Source of the DNA: an uncultured bacterium
Lineage (GTDB): Bacteria; CAYUVA01
NCBI GenBank assembly: GCA_964448115.1
Contig: CAYUVA010000036.1
Span: 1 to 49,493 of the forward strand
Length of the DNA stretch: 49,493 nt
Reading direction: 5' to 3'
Part shown: positions 12,201 to 21,866 of the stretch, in pieces
Numbering within the stretch: position 1 is the first letter of the stretch
Layout of the letters: each line of letters starts with the position of its first letter
The notes under the pieces: model-generated
What the model was told of the DNA's origin: nothing
Databases searched by the model: none
What the model saw: the letters and a program-made list of their open reading frames with translations, nothing else
Made by a program: the position numbers and the translations under genes

Positions 12201-12711
12201 CACCGCTGCCGTCTCCCTGACCATTATCGTAGAACTGGCAGCCATATATATAAGGGCTGGCATTTAAGATCTTTACCCCAGGTCCACCATACTGGATTAT
12301 GCAATGCTGCAAAGTACAGCCGCTTTGATACTCGCCCTGGGGGTCGAATATGGCATCCTGGCTCAGGTCATTGAAGATTACGCCATCCCATGCCGATGGT
12401 TCGTAGTTGATGTTGGCAGTGAAGGTGATCGGCTGTCCTTCGCTGCCGATAGCCTTCAGGATCCCGTTTACCTCCAGTTGGGTGGCGGTCAAGAACTTGA
12501 CGATGACGCCAGGTTCTATTTCAACGGTTACCCCGGCTGCTATCGTGGAATCGCAGGTTATGACATAGGGAGAATATGACTCCAACCAGGTCATATTACT
12601 CTCGATGGTACCACAGATGGGATAATATCCCCGGGATATAGATGGATTCAATGCCATGATAAACAGCATCAAACCGACTATAATGCTCGTGTATTTATTC
12701 CTGGTATTCAT
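6259..12711 (-). CDS. Giant secreted modular surface protein: signal peptide, right-handed beta-helix, FN3, Pro/Thr linker, second beta-helix, PQQ/BamB-like propeller, Pro/Thr linker, multiple FN3-like domains, two tandem GGY...PY C-terminal domains
   Basis: ATG 12711 has an AGGAGG RBS (ORF track starts at 12750). N-rich GGGI..N..I..N repeats; repeated W-S-[YF]-x-T-x-G...[VI]xFGSxDxxxY repeats; W-x-TD...H...L-x-PGTxY repeats. Confidence 0.88.
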   Translation of the reverse strand: MNTRNKYTSIIVGLMLFIMALNPSISRGYYPICGTIESNMTWLESYSPYVITCDSTIAAGVTVEIEPGVIVKFLTATQLEVNGILKAIGSEGQPITFTANINYEPSAWDGVIFNDLSQDAIFDPQGEYQSGCTLQHCIIQYGGPGVKILNASPYIYGCQFYDNGQGDGSGGGIYIEGSSLPKIKENLFSGYHVYAGIYINNASPQVLSNLFIDLTSTGNGIQVEGNYAMPLIRDNLMDNCHGAGVLVSNFAQPNIQENLIVNNDNSGIIVANHGAPNIENNYILYNYIGGSGGGISAVSPSNPSIFDNYICHNSAHSRGGGLYLEKGSLIGNYIAHNTTITAGGSGLFITGDGLNIELNNIVYNQGIVGGIVFEGNSLGNFANNNILGNQYAQFYNNSTSDLTATFNWWGTADPAQIEDAIYHSVDNPAKGTVTYDPYLDTAAVDAMPPEPVNFYANPIGDDITMRWDVPIAPDIAGFKIYFDTDQSGHPYDGQGSPIDVGNVSGYLWEDVPGGHIYYIAATTYDSSGKESFYSQEINCYVIPPTATATPTDYVSPTPTSTPTVTNTPTSTPTPVFTIWYVDDSNTGYEDGSADHPYRLISSALGVANPYDRIHVAGGLYSERLFIFKSNITIEGAYDGRSWVKDPFNNISEVQGSSIGPTIVIQNLNNVNIDSLKVTNGTKGIEINHADGVIRNCFITNNTGGVSGSGIDIRDGFFIIENNLITNNQASFGGGGLNIADGSDVTVRNNTFDSNNAPKGSAIYVGDPSTSLLENNIASNNSGMGAFYAQNSSSLPEVYHNNMSNNVPSNYGGALPDQTGINGNIMVDPLYVAGPLGSFYLMNWEAGDPVTSMCVDAGRQASSATFVYDYATRKDGVLDRGTVDMGYHYPGETQWPYLQRDRAHRGTSPYEGVEIMTLGWSFSTSYWVDSSVAIADRFKGLYVGSNDDKLYALNVDGTMRWSYPTGGDIIGAPALADDGNVWFGSSDNKLYVVDKAGSLVYSYDLQSSITTAPVVASNGRAYVGSEANRLYCIDSAKGLQWSYTTGGAVRGAPCISGSYILFGSDDNKVYCLNSDGSLAWSYPTGGPVASAITANKQGKIFFGSDDNNVYALNSDGSLYWSYPTYGEVKTSVALAPDGSVYFASLDDNLYKLGSTGIYQWSFDAGADIYSSPSVDSQARVYFGADNGIMYCLNSDGSLLWSFAASARIRSSPALGAQRVVYFGSRDYKVYALAQATDTPTATPTRTPTNTATNPPSPTHTPTQIPTATPSYTPTKTPTPTEYMSPTSTPTMTPTVTPSGHPTHTPTGSATPTPGPLLGPPMIIDGPIVIYDKTTAVFRWRTDRPTTSIVEYQSAKGTKETVSDEELVCDHHLAIEGSLTPGMTYSYTVGGTDELSQSVTSASRSFTTYQNRDFAPAIIEGPKIVDVGPNKALVYLVTDEPTLATLTYGTESASDKEVHTTTMYDCDMLITLGDLAPDTRYYLDVTVTDSDSRNTSAQRIYFKTLSAPKNSRPLPLVGPLVIAQTEDTAYFYWYTDRVTNASVSGISSGKEAFGITDSSLSKRHITAVGSLTPGSTYQVSIGGTDYDGNPLEFNEPLYFKALSAPDVSAPVIIAAAEIMQLDSDSCLVYWQTDEPSSSTVYLAKQGSEAVHQFAILGLRTEHAVTLTQLEPGTTYQYWIESVDVSGNVASSKVAGTGSSLPLDTFTTSSTNSKAAPNIDVNKIRVDASNRTVTIQFTTDQLTTACVYYGKTSNMEFMKHDFGYSYKHFVSLTDLDIGTDYYYQIVARNLNRQERQTVVYSVSTQIEPDITEPGITYQAMTHLSPYLARLEWTTDQLSHGYVSLYDNIDDLFMADMEVDLNHTAYLYNLSPFKSYQYTVYSKDTAQNQAVSDAVSFDNNYQPKPLIMLGGYLTSYISQSAGGSITLAALCRPEVEHVELTVGGMGTGIFLYDDGTMGDIAAGDNLYMVSFTGLPPGTPAGDYLVEMTAEDSYGNSYTWPYFDIYGPSASYQAFEVLDTARYDWLVNYSEVLNGTGYEGTSKQSVPFILAGGYWDTLVTTPEGGVFNMLAIPLDSIGGGCDDISSLEIYFGGQGTGVLLLDNGSSGDWAPGDCVYGLYAPIEAGISPLRAILELRAFQTDGAQSGMYPYLNIWE
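8765..9005 (-). repeat. Pro/Thr-rich low-complexity linker (TPTxTPT) in the giant protein
   Basis: [45 protein letters not shown]...; a second shorter linker lies at ~10985-11085. Confidence 0.85.
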
Positions 12712-12787
12712 CCTACAACCTCCTGTAAAAGTTCGTTCATAGGCTGACATTATTACTGGGATCGAAAAATTCTCTCAATGTTATGTT

Positions 12788-12816
12788 ATTCTATTTTAAT
12801 AAATATTTATTGTCAA
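12788..12816 (-). promoter_or_regulatory. Sigma70-type promoter of the giant protein gene, with a palindromic spacer
   Basis: Minus strand TTGACA-N17-TAGAAT; perfect 14-bp palindrome AATAAATATTTATT at 12798-12811. Confidence 0.65.
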
Positions 12817-12842
12817 AGAAAAGCAGTTAACCATCAGGCAAT

Positions 12843-13625
12843 CTACTTCCCCTTGAACTCAGCCTTTCTTTTTTCGAGGAAGGCGCTGACTCCCTCCTTC
12901 ATATCCTCGGTGGAGAAAAGCAGCCCGAAGAGCTTGGATTCCAGCCTGGTGCCCTCGATCAGGGTGATCTCGGCGCCGTGATTGACCGCCTCGATGGCAA
13001 ACCGCAAGGCTATAGGTCCGTTTTTCAGGAAGCTCCTCGCCATATCAAACGCTGCCTCGATAAGCTCCTCCAGCACAACGACCTTATTAACCAATCCTAT
13101 CCGATAAGCCTCCTGGGCATCAATGGGATCTCCGGACAATATCATCTGAAGGGCGCGTCCTTTACCGACCAGGCGCATAAGCCGTTGGGTGCCTCCATAG
13201 CCAGGTATAAGCCCCAGCTTGACTTCAGGGACTCCAATCTTGGCATTCTGCGAGGCGATCCTGACATGAGCAGCCAATGCCAGCTCGCAGCCACCACCCA
13301 AGGCGTAGCCGTTTACCGCAGCGATGACCGGGAAGGGGAGATTCTCGATAAGCCCGAACAGCTCCTGACCTCGACGAGAAGCCTTGGCTGCATCATCCGG
13401 ACTCATCTTTGTAAACTGGCTGATATCAGCTCCGGCGACGAAGGATTTCTCCCCGGCGCCAGTGATGATCAATGCCTTGACTTTATCCTCGTTGATCAAC
13501 TGATAAAGCAGGCACTCCATCTCGGAGAAGGTCTTATCATCTAGCGCATTTAGCACCTTGGGTCGGTTGATAGTCAGAACGCCTATATCATCCTTGATCT
13601 CGAACAAAATATTCTCAAAATCCAT
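12843..13625 (-). CDS. crt: Enoyl-CoA hydratase / crotonase
   Basis: INRPKVLNAL, FVAGADI, AVNGYALGGGCELA, PEVKLGLIPGYGGTQRL. Confidence 0.92.
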   Translation of the reverse strand: MDFENILFEIKDDIGVLTINRPKVLNALDDKTFSEMECLLYQLINEDKVKALIITGAGEKSFVAGADISQFTKMSPDDAAKASRRGQELFGLIENLPFPVIAAVNGYALGGGCELALAAHVRIASQNAKIGVPEVKLGLIPGYGGTQRLMRLVGKGRALQMILSGDPIDAQEAYRIGLVNKVVVLEELIEAAFDMARSFLKNGPIALRFAIEAVNHGAEITLIEGTRLESKLFGLLFSTEDMKEGVSAFLEKRKAEFKGK

Positions 13626-13645
13626 AACAAACCTCCGCTTCTATT

Positions 13646-13933
13646 TTATTTACTCTTCTTTTTAGGCTGGTTGAAGTCGATAGTATCGACGATAGCAGCG
13701 ATGGCAGCATCTACCGGGCTCTGGGCGAAGTTCCTGGTCATTCTGGCAGAGCTTCCGCGCACGATGAGCACGGTCTCGCCAGCGCCAGCGCCTACAGTGT
13801 CGATCGCCACCACATATCCACCCTCCGGCTTGCCGTCAGGGTCGATAAGTTGCACGATCAGCATCTTGCATCCGTCCAGCTTGCTGTCCTTGCGGGTTGC
13901 AACTACGGTTCCGATGACCTTGCCCAGGTTCAT
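13646..13933 (-). CDS. EutN/CcmL family microcompartment vertex (BMC-P) protein
   Basis: MNLGKVIGTVVATRK...VVAIDTVGAGAGETVLIVRGSSAR...PVDAAIAAIVD. Confidence 0.95.
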   Translation of the reverse strand: MNLGKVIGTVVATRKDSKLDGCKMLIVQLIDPDGKPEGGYVVAIDTVGAGAGETVLIVRGSSARMTRNFAQSPVDAAIAAIVDTIDFNQPKKKSK

Positions 13934-13962
13934 ATCTTGTCATATCTCCCTTGTATGTTTTA

Positions 13963-15291
13963 TCAAAGCAGGTTGGCAGCCAGCTCGGCGAGCTTGGATC
14001 GCTCACCTTTGAAAAGCATTACATGACCGCTGATCTCCTGTCCCTTGAAGCGCTCAACAAGGTAGCTCAATCCGTTGCTTGCCGAGTCGAGGAACGGGTT
14101 ATCGATCTGGTAGGGGTCTCCGGTGAGCACGATCTTTGCATCATCTCCAGCGCGGGAGATTATGGTCTTGATCTCATGCGGGTTGAGATTCTGCGCCTCA
14201 TCTACGATTATGTACTGCCGCGGGATGCTCCTTCCCCTGATATATGTTAAAGGCTCGATCTGCACCAGTCCCTGTCTAATGAGCTGATAGTAGTCCGCCG
14301 ATTGTTTCCTGTCTTTTTTCTTATGTTGAAAGATGAGATCGAGATTATCAAAGATAGGCTGCATCCAGGGTGCTAATTTCTCGGTTACATCCCCCGGCAG
14401 ATAGCCGATATCCCTACCTAGCGGAAAGATGGGGCGGCTGACCAGCAGGCGCTCGTAGATCCCATCATCGACTGTTTTTGCCAGCCCAGCAGCGATGGCG
14501 AGCAATGTCTTGCCCGTCCCAGCCTTGCCCACCAGGGTTACCAGGTTTACCCCATCATCAAGCAAAAGATCGAAGCAGAAGCTCTGCTCGGTATTTCTAG
14601 GACTTATGCCCCAGACCTGATGCGGGATATCAAGCGGCAACAGCATACCCTTATCATGATGAAATCTAGCCAGTGCGGATGCCAAGCCATCATCACCCTT
14701 CAATATGGCAAATTGATTAGGATAAAAATTCTCCTTATCCAGTTTTATAGCGCCATCATTATAGAATTGTTGTACCTGCTTTGAATTTACCTGAACCTCT
14801 GAGAAGCCACGATACAGGTGCTCGATCTCCACCTTCTTGGACTCGTAGTCCATCGGCTTTATTCCCAACGCATCCGCCTTTATGCGCAGATTAGCGTCCT
14901 TTGTAACCAGGATGACCGGAACCTCGGCTTGTTTTTTCATCAAGCTCAAAGCGGTAACCAGCAGACGGTTATCGACCTTATCTCTGGCAAATGTAGGGGG
15001 AAGCTCGATTCTATCCCCGGAGCCGAGATCGACCATGCAAACGCCGCCTTTATCGTTGACCTCGACGCCTTGAGAAAGATTCCCCTTGCGCCTGAACTTG
15101 TCGAGCAGCCTTATCGCATGGCGGGCATTGCGCCCCAAGCCGTTTAGATCTCGCTTGAAGGTATCTATCTCCTCGACTACCGAGATGGGGATAACCACGA
15201 TATTATCAGCGAACTTGCAGAAGGCTTCTGGATCCAGCAACAGGACATTTGTATCTAAGATGAAGTACTTTTTCATACTCATAGTCCGCAT
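13963..15291 (-). CDS. PIN domain-PhoH family ATPase (PhoH2/YlaK-like)
   Basis: LDTNVLL PIN motif; GKAGTGKT Walker A; RDIGYLPG; YIRGRS; DEAQN. Start uncertain (15276-15318). Confidence 0.93.
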   Translation of the reverse strand: MRTMSMKKYFILDTNVLLLDPEAFCKFADNIVVIPISVVEEIDTFKRDLNGLGRNARHAIRLLDKFRRKGNLSQGVEVNDKGGVCMVDLGSGDRIELPPTFARDKVDNRLLVTALSLMKKQAEVPVILVTKDANLRIKADALGIKPMDYESKKVEIEHLYRGFSEVQVNSKQVQQFYNDGAIKLDKENFYPNQFAILKGDDGLASALARFHHDKGMLLPLDIPHQVWGISPRNTEQSFCFDLLLDDGVNLVTLVGKAGTGKTLLAIAAGLAKTVDDGIYERLLVSRPIFPLGRDIGYLPGDVTEKLAPWMQPIFDNLDLIFQHKKKDRKQSADYYQLIRQGLVQIEPLTYIRGRSIPRQYIIVDEAQNLNPHEIKTIISRAGDDAKIVLTGDPYQIDNPFLDSASNGLSYLVERFKGQEISGHVMLFKGERSKLAELAANLL

Positions 15292-15437
15292 TATACTCCT
15301 ATCGGTGATTATGTTCAAAAGGCTATTGCCTATCAGCTCATCCTAAAATGTAGTATGGTAACCGGTGCAGAATTTAATGGCTAGAGTATATAAAAAATAT
15401 TTTACATTTTATAAGTTTTATTTTCCAATTTGATAAT

Positions 15438-16556
15438 TTAGTTTTCCTTTCTGTCATTCATGGCTCTTTTTTCCAGGATCTCCTTAGCCAACTCCCTTAT
15501 TGCAGGCTCTTCATCCTCGGCTAGCCGTTCAAGGCAATCGAGTATGAATTCTCCCTCGTATCCATCGAGGATGGCTAATGCTTGCAGTCGCTGCTCTGGA
15601 TACGGGCTGTATGCCGCCACTAGCGCATCGGCAAGCTGCGCATCCTCGACCATCTTGCGAACCGCCAGGTTAGCTTTCAGGCAAACGAGCACATCATCAT
15701 CGTGCGAAGCGATCAGCACTGCCTTTAATCCTCGCGCATCGCCGATCTCCCCAAGGGCTGTCGTTGCCGCTCCCCGCACCGCTGGACTGTGATGCCCTAG
15801 CTTGCTTATTATATCCGGTATCGCTGATGGATCTTTGGCTTTGCCTAAGCCTTCAAGCACAGCGCTTAACAGGTTGGGATCGGTGCTTGATAGTTGCTCC
15901 TTGAGCACCGAAATGCCAGGTCCTTCCGCTAAGGCGAGTGCATTGGCAATATTCCTCTGTGCGCTAGGGGATGCCTGGGGTAGCCTTGATGCCAGGTATG
16001 CCAGCTCCTCGGCGCCGAAGTTCGCCAATGCCATAGCAGCGTTAGCCTCCACATAGTCATTCTCCCCCGGCACCTGTGCCTTGAGGTATGGTAGCGCCCT
16101 GGCATCGCCGATCTTGCCTAGGCATAATGCACAACGACCGGCGATCAAGGGATTCGGATTGGAGAGGTTATCGATTAGCGAATTCACCGCTGCCTTATCA
16201 AATAAAACAAGCGCTCCGGCTGCCTCCCTCCAGATGCTATACTTTGGGTCGCCAAGGCTGTTTATCAAAGCCGGGATCGCCCTGGTATCGTGCATTCTAC
16301 CTAAAGTGCGCAGGATGGCTATCTTGACCGAAACGGTCTGGTTGGGAAGCTGCTCAAGCAACTTTTTTACTACTCGATCCCCACCGATATCTCCTAGTTT
16401 CTTTATGGCCATGATCCTGGCATTCTCACTCTCGTGCTCCAGGTATGAAAACAGCCTGTCCAGCTCGCCTTTGTCGTTATCATCCCCCTTGCATCCCAAG
16501 ATACAAAAAGATATCGAGATTAAAAGGGTCAAGGAAAGATGAACAAGGGATCTCAT
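15438..16556 (-). CDS. HEAT-repeat (PBS-lyase-like) lipoprotein
   Basis: Lipobox-like ILG-C after a hydrophobic N-terminus; repeated A..ALG.IGD.RA.P.L units. Confidence 0.85.
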   Translation of the reverse strand: MRSLVHLSLTLLISISFCILGCKGDDNDKGELDRLFSYLEHESENARIMAIKKLGDIGGDRVVKKLLEQLPNQTVSVKIAILRTLGRMHDTRAIPALINSLGDPKYSIWREAAGALVLFDKAAVNSLIDNLSNPNPLIAGRCALCLGKIGDARALPYLKAQVPGENDYVEANAAMALANFGAEELAYLASRLPQASPSAQRNIANALALAEGPGISVLKEQLSSTDPNLLSAVLEGLGKAKDPSAIPDIISKLGHHSPAVRGAATTALGEIGDARGLKAVLIASHDDDVLVCLKANLAVRKMVEDAQLADALVAAYSPYPEQRLQALAILDGYEGEFILDCLERLAEDEEPAIRELAKEILEKRAMNDRKEN

Positions 16557-16573
16557 TATTTTGCCAACATTAG

Positions 16574-18091
16574 TTATTTCAACATTATAGGCATCCCCAT
16601 GACCGGCCAGATGAACCTAACGAAGATACCGATCACGATCATCAATATGATACTAGCCGGGATACCATAGAGGAAGAACTCCCCGGAGGTGAACTGCTTG
16701 CTCTCGTAGGCAATGGCATTTGGGGCAGCGCCAACCAGGAGTAGAAATGGCATCCCAGCAGCGACCAATGCGGAGAACAGGATGACCTCTGGAGCGACAT
16801 TCAAGTATGGGGCGATCACCAGCGCCACCGGTAACGAGATCGCTATCGCTGCCACATTCATGATGAAATTGGTCATGATTAATACAAAGAAGGTGATTGC
16901 CATGATAAAAACGAAGGCAGGTGATTTCTCGAACATGGCGAGCCAGTGCACAGCCAGCCATTTCGCTGCCCCAGTCTGCCAGAGACAAAAGCCGATGCTC
17001 ATCGCTCCCCCGAACAGCAAGATTATGTTCCAGGAGACATCCTCGAGGTCCTTTATATCGAGTATTCTAAACAAGAAGAAACAGACCGTGGTTATGAGGA
17101 TGACAGCGCTTTTATCGAAAGGCTTAAGTGCGGGAATAAAGGAGCGCAGGCTTAAAAATAGTATGGCTCCGAAAACAAGTATGGCAGTAACTATCTCCTT
17201 TAAGGTGATGGGACCCAATCGCTCGTAGAGCATCTTGGAGCGCTCCCGCAAGCCAGGTATCCGTTTCTTCTCCGGCTTGAATATGAACCAAAAGAAAAGA
17301 TAAAGGATGATTAACATAGCTATGCCAACCGGGAACATGTAATAGGACAACTCGAAAAACGAGACCTCGCGCCCGCTTATATCCCTGAAGAAGCCGATAG
17401 CCACAGCACCCCTGGCAGCGCCGAGCAATGTAACGATGCTTCCAGCCCCAGCGATGAAAGCCATGCCGATGAAAAGCCCCTTGCCAAAGCGGGTCGGTTT
17501 TTCATCATCGCTATACATGGAGTAGATAGCCATAAGCAAAGGGAATATGGTCGCAGCCACCGCGGTATGCGCCATGATAAAGGTCATAAAAAAGGTGATG
17601 CTGAAGCAGCCCAGGTAGATCATGCTCGTCCGCTCACCCACTATGACCAGCATCTTGTATGCCATGCGCTTGGTTATGCCCGTCTTGGTGAAGACCAAGC
17701 CAATAACAAGGGAGCCAAAGATAAACCATACCGAGGGATCCATGAAATCGGTGAAGGCGGTGCGTGTATCACGGATCAGAAAGGTCGATTGAACAACGCC
17801 GATGGTGATGGCTGTTATGCCGATGGGGACAACCTCGAAGACCCACCAGACAGCGGCGAGAAAAAACAGCGCTAAAGCAGACTTGCCCTGGTCGGTCAAG
17901 GGGAATACCTTTCCCATAGGATCCACCGCATCGGGCAAGGGAGGCGAGAGATATATCAGGAAAAACAGGAACAATCCAACAAGTATAAAGAATAATCTCC
18001 GTCCGTTCTCCTTGGGCTTCATTCTTTGGAGCAGGCTTTTTTTGGTCTTCTGTTCATCTTCATTCTTGGCTTCCAGCTCATATTCAGCCAT
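16574..18091 (-). CDS. SLC13/DASS family anion (sulfate/dicarboxylate):sodium symporter
   Basis: WWVFEVVPIGIT, MAHTAVAA, GSIVTLLGAARG, WNIILLFGG, TNFIMNVAA, AAPNAIAY. Confidence 0.92.
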   Translation of the reverse strand: MAEYELEAKNEDEQKTKKSLLQRMKPKENGRRLFFILVGLFLFFLIYLSPPLPDAVDPMGKVFPLTDQGKSALALFFLAAVWWVFEVVPIGITAITIGVVQSTFLIRDTRTAFTDFMDPSVWFIFGSLVIGLVFTKTGITKRMAYKMLVIVGERTSMIYLGCFSITFFMTFIMAHTAVAATIFPLLMAIYSMYSDDEKPTRFGKGLFIGMAFIAGAGSIVTLLGAARGAVAIGFFRDISGREVSFFELSYYMFPVGIAMLIILYLFFWFIFKPEKKRIPGLRERSKMLYERLGPITLKEIVTAILVFGAILFLSLRSFIPALKPFDKSAVILITTVCFFLFRILDIKDLEDVSWNIILLFGGAMSIGFCLWQTGAAKWLAVHWLAMFEKSPAFVFIMAITFFVLIMTNFIMNVAAIAISLPVALVIAPYLNVAPEVILFSALVAAGMPFLLLVGAAPNAIAYESKQFTSGEFFLYGIPASIILMIVIGIFVRFIWPVMGMPIMLK

Positions 18092-18140
18092 CTACAACTC
18101 CTTTTTTAGAATGGATATTCGATTCGAGTTCTATTGTTTC

Positions 18141-18361
18141 TCATTCTTCAAGTACAATCGAGGATAGGGTATGCAAAAGCTCCACCGAACGAAGCACTCC
18201 GATAATCTTATTATCTTTCACCACCGGCAGGAGGCTTACATTGTAATCGACCATCTCGTAGATTGCCTTGCCGATGTGATCATCATGGTTGATAACCGCT
18301 TTATTCTCAGATAATCTTCTATCGGGATCATGATCTCGGAGACAAGCACTATCTTCACCAT
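18141..18361 (-). pseudogene. CBS-domain protein pseudogene (internal deletion plus frameshift)
   Basis: AAGGAG RBS then ATG 18361 gives MVKIVLVSEIMIPIEDY, a CBS-protein-like N-terminus. A different frame gives SENKAVINHDDHIGKAIYEMVDYNVSLLPVVKDNKIIGVLRSVELL (a last CBS motif). The middle of the protein is missing. Confidence 0.72.
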
Positions 18362-18388
18362 ATCCATCTCCTTTGAATGTAATAAAGT

Positions 18389-18823
18389 TCACCAGCCCAT
18401 CTTTTTTATTATGTCATCGATTGTATCTTCCATCCTCTTGGTCATAAGCAGCATCTTTTGCTTCCTTGCTTCCTGTATCTTCTCCATTATTTTCTTAAGG
18501 TCAGCCGGTTTCTCCAAGAAGTCCATGGCGCCGAGCTTGATAGCCTCGACCCCCTTTTGCACGGTCGCGTGTCCAGTGAGCAGGATAACCTGTAGCTCCT
18601 CGTTCATCTCATGTATATGCTTAAGCGTCTCTATGCCATCCATCTGGGGCATGACCATGTCGAGCAGTACCGCATCGTAGTTATGCTCCTTCACCTTTTT
18701 AATAGCCTCCAAGCCATTGGGCACGGTATCAACCACCAGCCCCCTGGCTCGTAGCCTTTCTGCCAGGAGCCTGGTGAACTCCTCCTCGTCATCGACCAGG
18801 AGCACCCTGATATCATCGCTCAT
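18389..18823 (-). CDS. Single-domain response regulator (receiver)
   Basis: VLLVDDE, LLDMVMPQMDG, LLTGHA, FLEKP. Confidence 0.95.
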   Translation of the reverse strand: MSDDIRVLLVDDEEEFTRLLAERLRARGLVVDTVPNGLEAIKKVKEHNYDAVLLDMVMPQMDGIETLKHIHEMNEELQVILLTGHATVQKGVEAIKLGAMDFLEKPADLKKIMEKIQEARKQKMLLMTKRMEDTIDDIIKKMGW

Positions 18824-18843
18824 TTGATTTTCACTCCTTTAAT

Positions 18844-19545
18844 CTATGTTTCTTTCCCCTCGTCATCATATATTCCAGGCATTACTGAAGGGATATTTAT
18901 ATAAAATGCGTCCTTTACATCAGATTCTTTACCCAGGGTTATTTTAGCTCCCAGTCGTTCGGCGAGTATGCTAAGCTGCCCCATCCTTTGGTTAAGATCT
19001 CCATTCTTATCTATCGGATCCGACCTTATTATTACGGTAACTCCTTGATCGGAATCGTAGAAGTCAATTGTAACCCCCCCGCTTGCCTGCGAGGCGCCTA
19101 TGGCTATTTCCAGGCATCCATAGATCATCTGCATCAGCTTGAACGGGTTATGATGCACGGTTACCAGTATATCAGGCAACTCGGCGCTCAGCTCAACCTT
19201 GCGCATGGATGCCAGGCGACGGCAAAGTTCGGTTATATCGCTCAATAGATCGTTTATTTTCACTGTTTTAGCCGGCTCATCAACGCTGTGAGCGAAGCGG
19301 TTCAGTCTTTTTATCAGCTCCTCCCCGCGCTTGATATGCACTGATATTCCATCCGATATCCTCTCCAGCTTATCCAAGGGAAGAGGTTTGCCTTGTTGAG
19401 CCATATAGACAACATCGTTTAATAGACCGCCAAATTCATTGATAATGGCAAGAACATTGTTTATCTCATGCGATAAACTCGCGGTTATCAGCCCGAAGAA
19501 GCGCAGTCCATCCGCCTTGAGGAACCCGTGTTCATCCTGCTTCAT
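18844..19545 (-). CDS. Histidine-kinase-like protein with intact H-box but degenerate ATPase domain
   Basis: SLSHEINNVLAIINE H-box present; no recognisable N/G1/F/G2 boxes; no sensor domain. Start MKQDEH at 19545 (ORF track 19569). Confidence 0.8.
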   Translation of the reverse strand: MKQDEHGFLKADGLRFFGLITASLSHEINNVLAIINEFGGLLNDVVYMAQQGKPLPLDKLERISDGISVHIKRGEELIKRLNRFAHSVDEPAKTVKINDLLSDITELCRRLASMRKVELSAELPDILVTVHHNPFKLMQMIYGCLEIAIGASQASGGVTIDFYDSDQGVTVIIRSDPIDKNGDLNQRMGQLSILAERLGAKITLGKESDVKDAFYINIPSVMPGIYDDEGKET

Positions 19546-19930
19546 TGCAATTCTCCGTTTCTTTACCAATCGCCTGCTTCATTTTCTCCATCAGGTCTTC
19601 TATGTCTATAGGTTTGACCAGGTAGTCATAAGCACCCGCCTTCAAGCCCTCCTCTGCATCCTTTGCCGAGCCGTAACCGGTTAGCAATAGAACTGGCAGG
19701 TTCGGTTTTATATCTTTTATCTTCCCCATGCACTCTATGCCCCCGAGTCCGGGCATCTTGACATCGACAACGACAACGGAAAAATCCTCATTCTTAATAA
19801 GCTCCAGTGCTTGTTCCCCGCTAGTGGCGTACTTGGCATCTATTCCCCTGAGATGCAATCGCTCAACCACGGTATCGACCAGTTCTACCTCGTCATCGAC
19901 CAGCAGCACCCGCATCTTATCCTTTTCCAT
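19532..19930 (-). CDS. Single-domain response regulator (receiver)
   Basis: VLLVDDE, VVDVKMPGLGG, LLTGYGS, YLVKP; ATG 19930 has a GGGAG RBS. Confidence 0.93.
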   Translation of the reverse strand: MEKDKMRVLLVDDEVELVDTVVERLHLRGIDAKYATSGEQALELIKNEDFSVVVVDVKMPGLGGIECMGKIKDIKPNLPVLLLTGYGSAKDAEEGLKAGAYDYLVKPIDIEDLMEKMKQAIGKETENCNEAG

Positions 19931-20012
19931 TACTGTCTCCCATTTTTTAAGATCTTTTACTGTTGCGATGTCGCAACAGTTGATCCGCATTCTTTGGTTC
20001 CATTATAAAATC

Positions 20013-21743
20013 CTAAAGATTGTATTGACTTGTCGGAAACGTAACCTTGAACGATGTTCCCTTGCCCACCTTGCTTGTAACCTCGATATCGCCGCCCAGC
20101 TTTTTTACTATACCATAGGTGATAGACAACCCCAAGCCGGTTCCATAGCCCTTCTTTGTTGTAAAGAAAGGCTCGAAGATATATTTCAGGTTCTCCTTTG
20201 GTATGCCCTCACCGTCATCGGCAATAGTAACAGCAACCGACTTATCGCCGCTTTTCTCGATGGTAATATCTATGTTTCCGCCATCTTTTATCGCCTCGAA
20301 GGCATTGTTCAGGATATTCAGGAACACCTGTTGAAGCTGCCCGCGGTCGCTAACTATGGCTGTTACCTCCTTTTGTACATGGAAGCGGATGTTTATATTG
20401 CGGTACTCTGCCTCCTTGCCCAAGAATCCGAGCACTTCCTTTAGTAATGCCTCCAGGTCGATAGGTCCCAGTTGGACATCCATGTGCTTGGCAAAGCCGA
20501 GGAGCCGGTGGGTTATGGCACGACAGCGCTCGACCGAATTCAAGATCGATGCGATGCTCTGCTCGAATTTCTGCTTGTGGGGCAAGTCTTCGGACAGGTT
20601 GACCAGGTCTTTCATCAGACCAGCCTTCTCGTTGATCACTGCCAGCGGATTATTGATCTCATGCGCCACCCCGGCGCCGAGCCTCCCAATTGCAGCCAGC
20701 TTGTTGGTATATTCTATGTTATGAAGCACCTTCTGCCTTCGTAGATCCGCCTCGCGAATGCGCAGAACCAGGTAGTAAGAGGTGCCTAGTATAAGGATAA
20801 GAATTATGATCACGCTACCGATGAAAAAGCCGATAAGCCATGAGCGCAGCCGGAACCAGTTACGCATCATAGCCTGTGGCTCCTTGATCACTATGAAGAT
20901 AAAGGGGGAATCCTCGATATATCCGTATCCTAGTAAATACCTGTTGCCTTCATTAGTGGTATGTCCCATGATCTCCGGCTTCGTCGAGTACGAGGGAAGC
21001 AGCCAGGGATAGCGATCCAGCTCCTTGCCAAACATTTTCGACGGGGTCTGAAGGATCCCCTCCCGATTTATTAAAAATGCATCATCAGAGGATTTGAGAT
21101 CAAGGCTGCGGATATGTTTTTTGAATACATCGATATCGAGGGTAGCTCGTAAAATATAATAGTCATCCCCTCCGAGATCCTTCTTCACCGCAATGACAAA
21201 GTGGGGAAAGTTGCGGTAGCCCATGAAGACATCGCTGACATAGACTCCCCGCAGGCTGACCGCATAGAACCATTCCTGACCCTTATAATTCTTGCCTAGC
21301 AGGTCATAAGGTCCCACATAAGAGCGCTGGGTGCCTTTGCTGTCGATAACCCCCAGGTCCACGAAGTCGCTGTAGATGTTCTTCAGATTGCGCATGGTGG
21401 CGGCAAGCCGGGCTTGATCGGTAAGCTTCTCGAACGAGCCTTCGCTTACGATCAGCCTCAAGGCGGACAGATGCTGCTCAAGAAAGTACTCCAGTGTGCG
21501 CTTGGTGTTGGAGACCATGAGGTTCACCGGGTAGATCATCTCGTCCTTGAAGACTCTTTGGTACTGGTAGTAGTTGGTCAGGGTCATGAAAAGCAAAGGG
21601 AGTATGGTAATGGTGGCGGTTATAAGCGCGGTGTATTTCCAGAGTCGCCTATATCTCGGTTTAAGCCCCTCGCTGGATTCATCGTCTTCCTTTGGCTGTT
21701 TATCGCCCATTAGGCGACGAAAGAAAGCTCGCAGCAGTTCCAT
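20013..21743 (-). CDS. Membrane sensor histidine kinase (Cache-like sensor, NtrB-type)
   Basis: Two TM segments flanking a periplasmic domain; AGVAHEINNPL, QVFLNILNNA, DDGEGI, FEPFFTTK, GTGLGL. Confidence 0.95.
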   Translation of the reverse strand: MELLRAFFRRLMGDKQPKEDDESSEGLKPRYRRLWKYTALITATITILPLLFMTLTNYYQYQRVFKDEMIYPVNLMVSNTKRTLEYFLEQHLSALRLIVSEGSFEKLTDQARLAATMRNLKNIYSDFVDLGVIDSKGTQRSYVGPYDLLGKNYKGQEWFYAVSLRGVYVSDVFMGYRNFPHFVIAVKKDLGGDDYYILRATLDIDVFKKHIRSLDLKSSDDAFLINREGILQTPSKMFGKELDRYPWLLPSYSTKPEIMGHTTNEGNRYLLGYGYIEDSPFIFIVIKEPQAMMRNWFRLRSWLIGFFIGSVIIILILILGTSYYLVLRIREADLRRQKVLHNIEYTNKLAAIGRLGAGVAHEINNPLAVINEKAGLMKDLVNLSEDLPHKQKFEQSIASILNSVERCRAITHRLLGFAKHMDVQLGPIDLEALLKEVLGFLGKEAEYRNINIRFHVQKEVTAIVSDRGQLQQVFLNILNNAFEAIKDGGNIDITIEKSGDKSVAVTIADDGEGIPKENLKYIFEPFFTTKKGYGTGLGLSITYGIVKKLGGDIEVTSKVGKGTSFKVTFPTSQYNL

Positions 21744-21866
21744 TTACTCAGCACCATCTAATCTGTCATTTGGTTCAGCAGTTATGCAAGTAATTCGTCA
21801 ATGGCTTTTGGGAGAATGCAGTTCTTGAGAACTAAAGAGGATGATCGATAAACCAGATAATAAATC

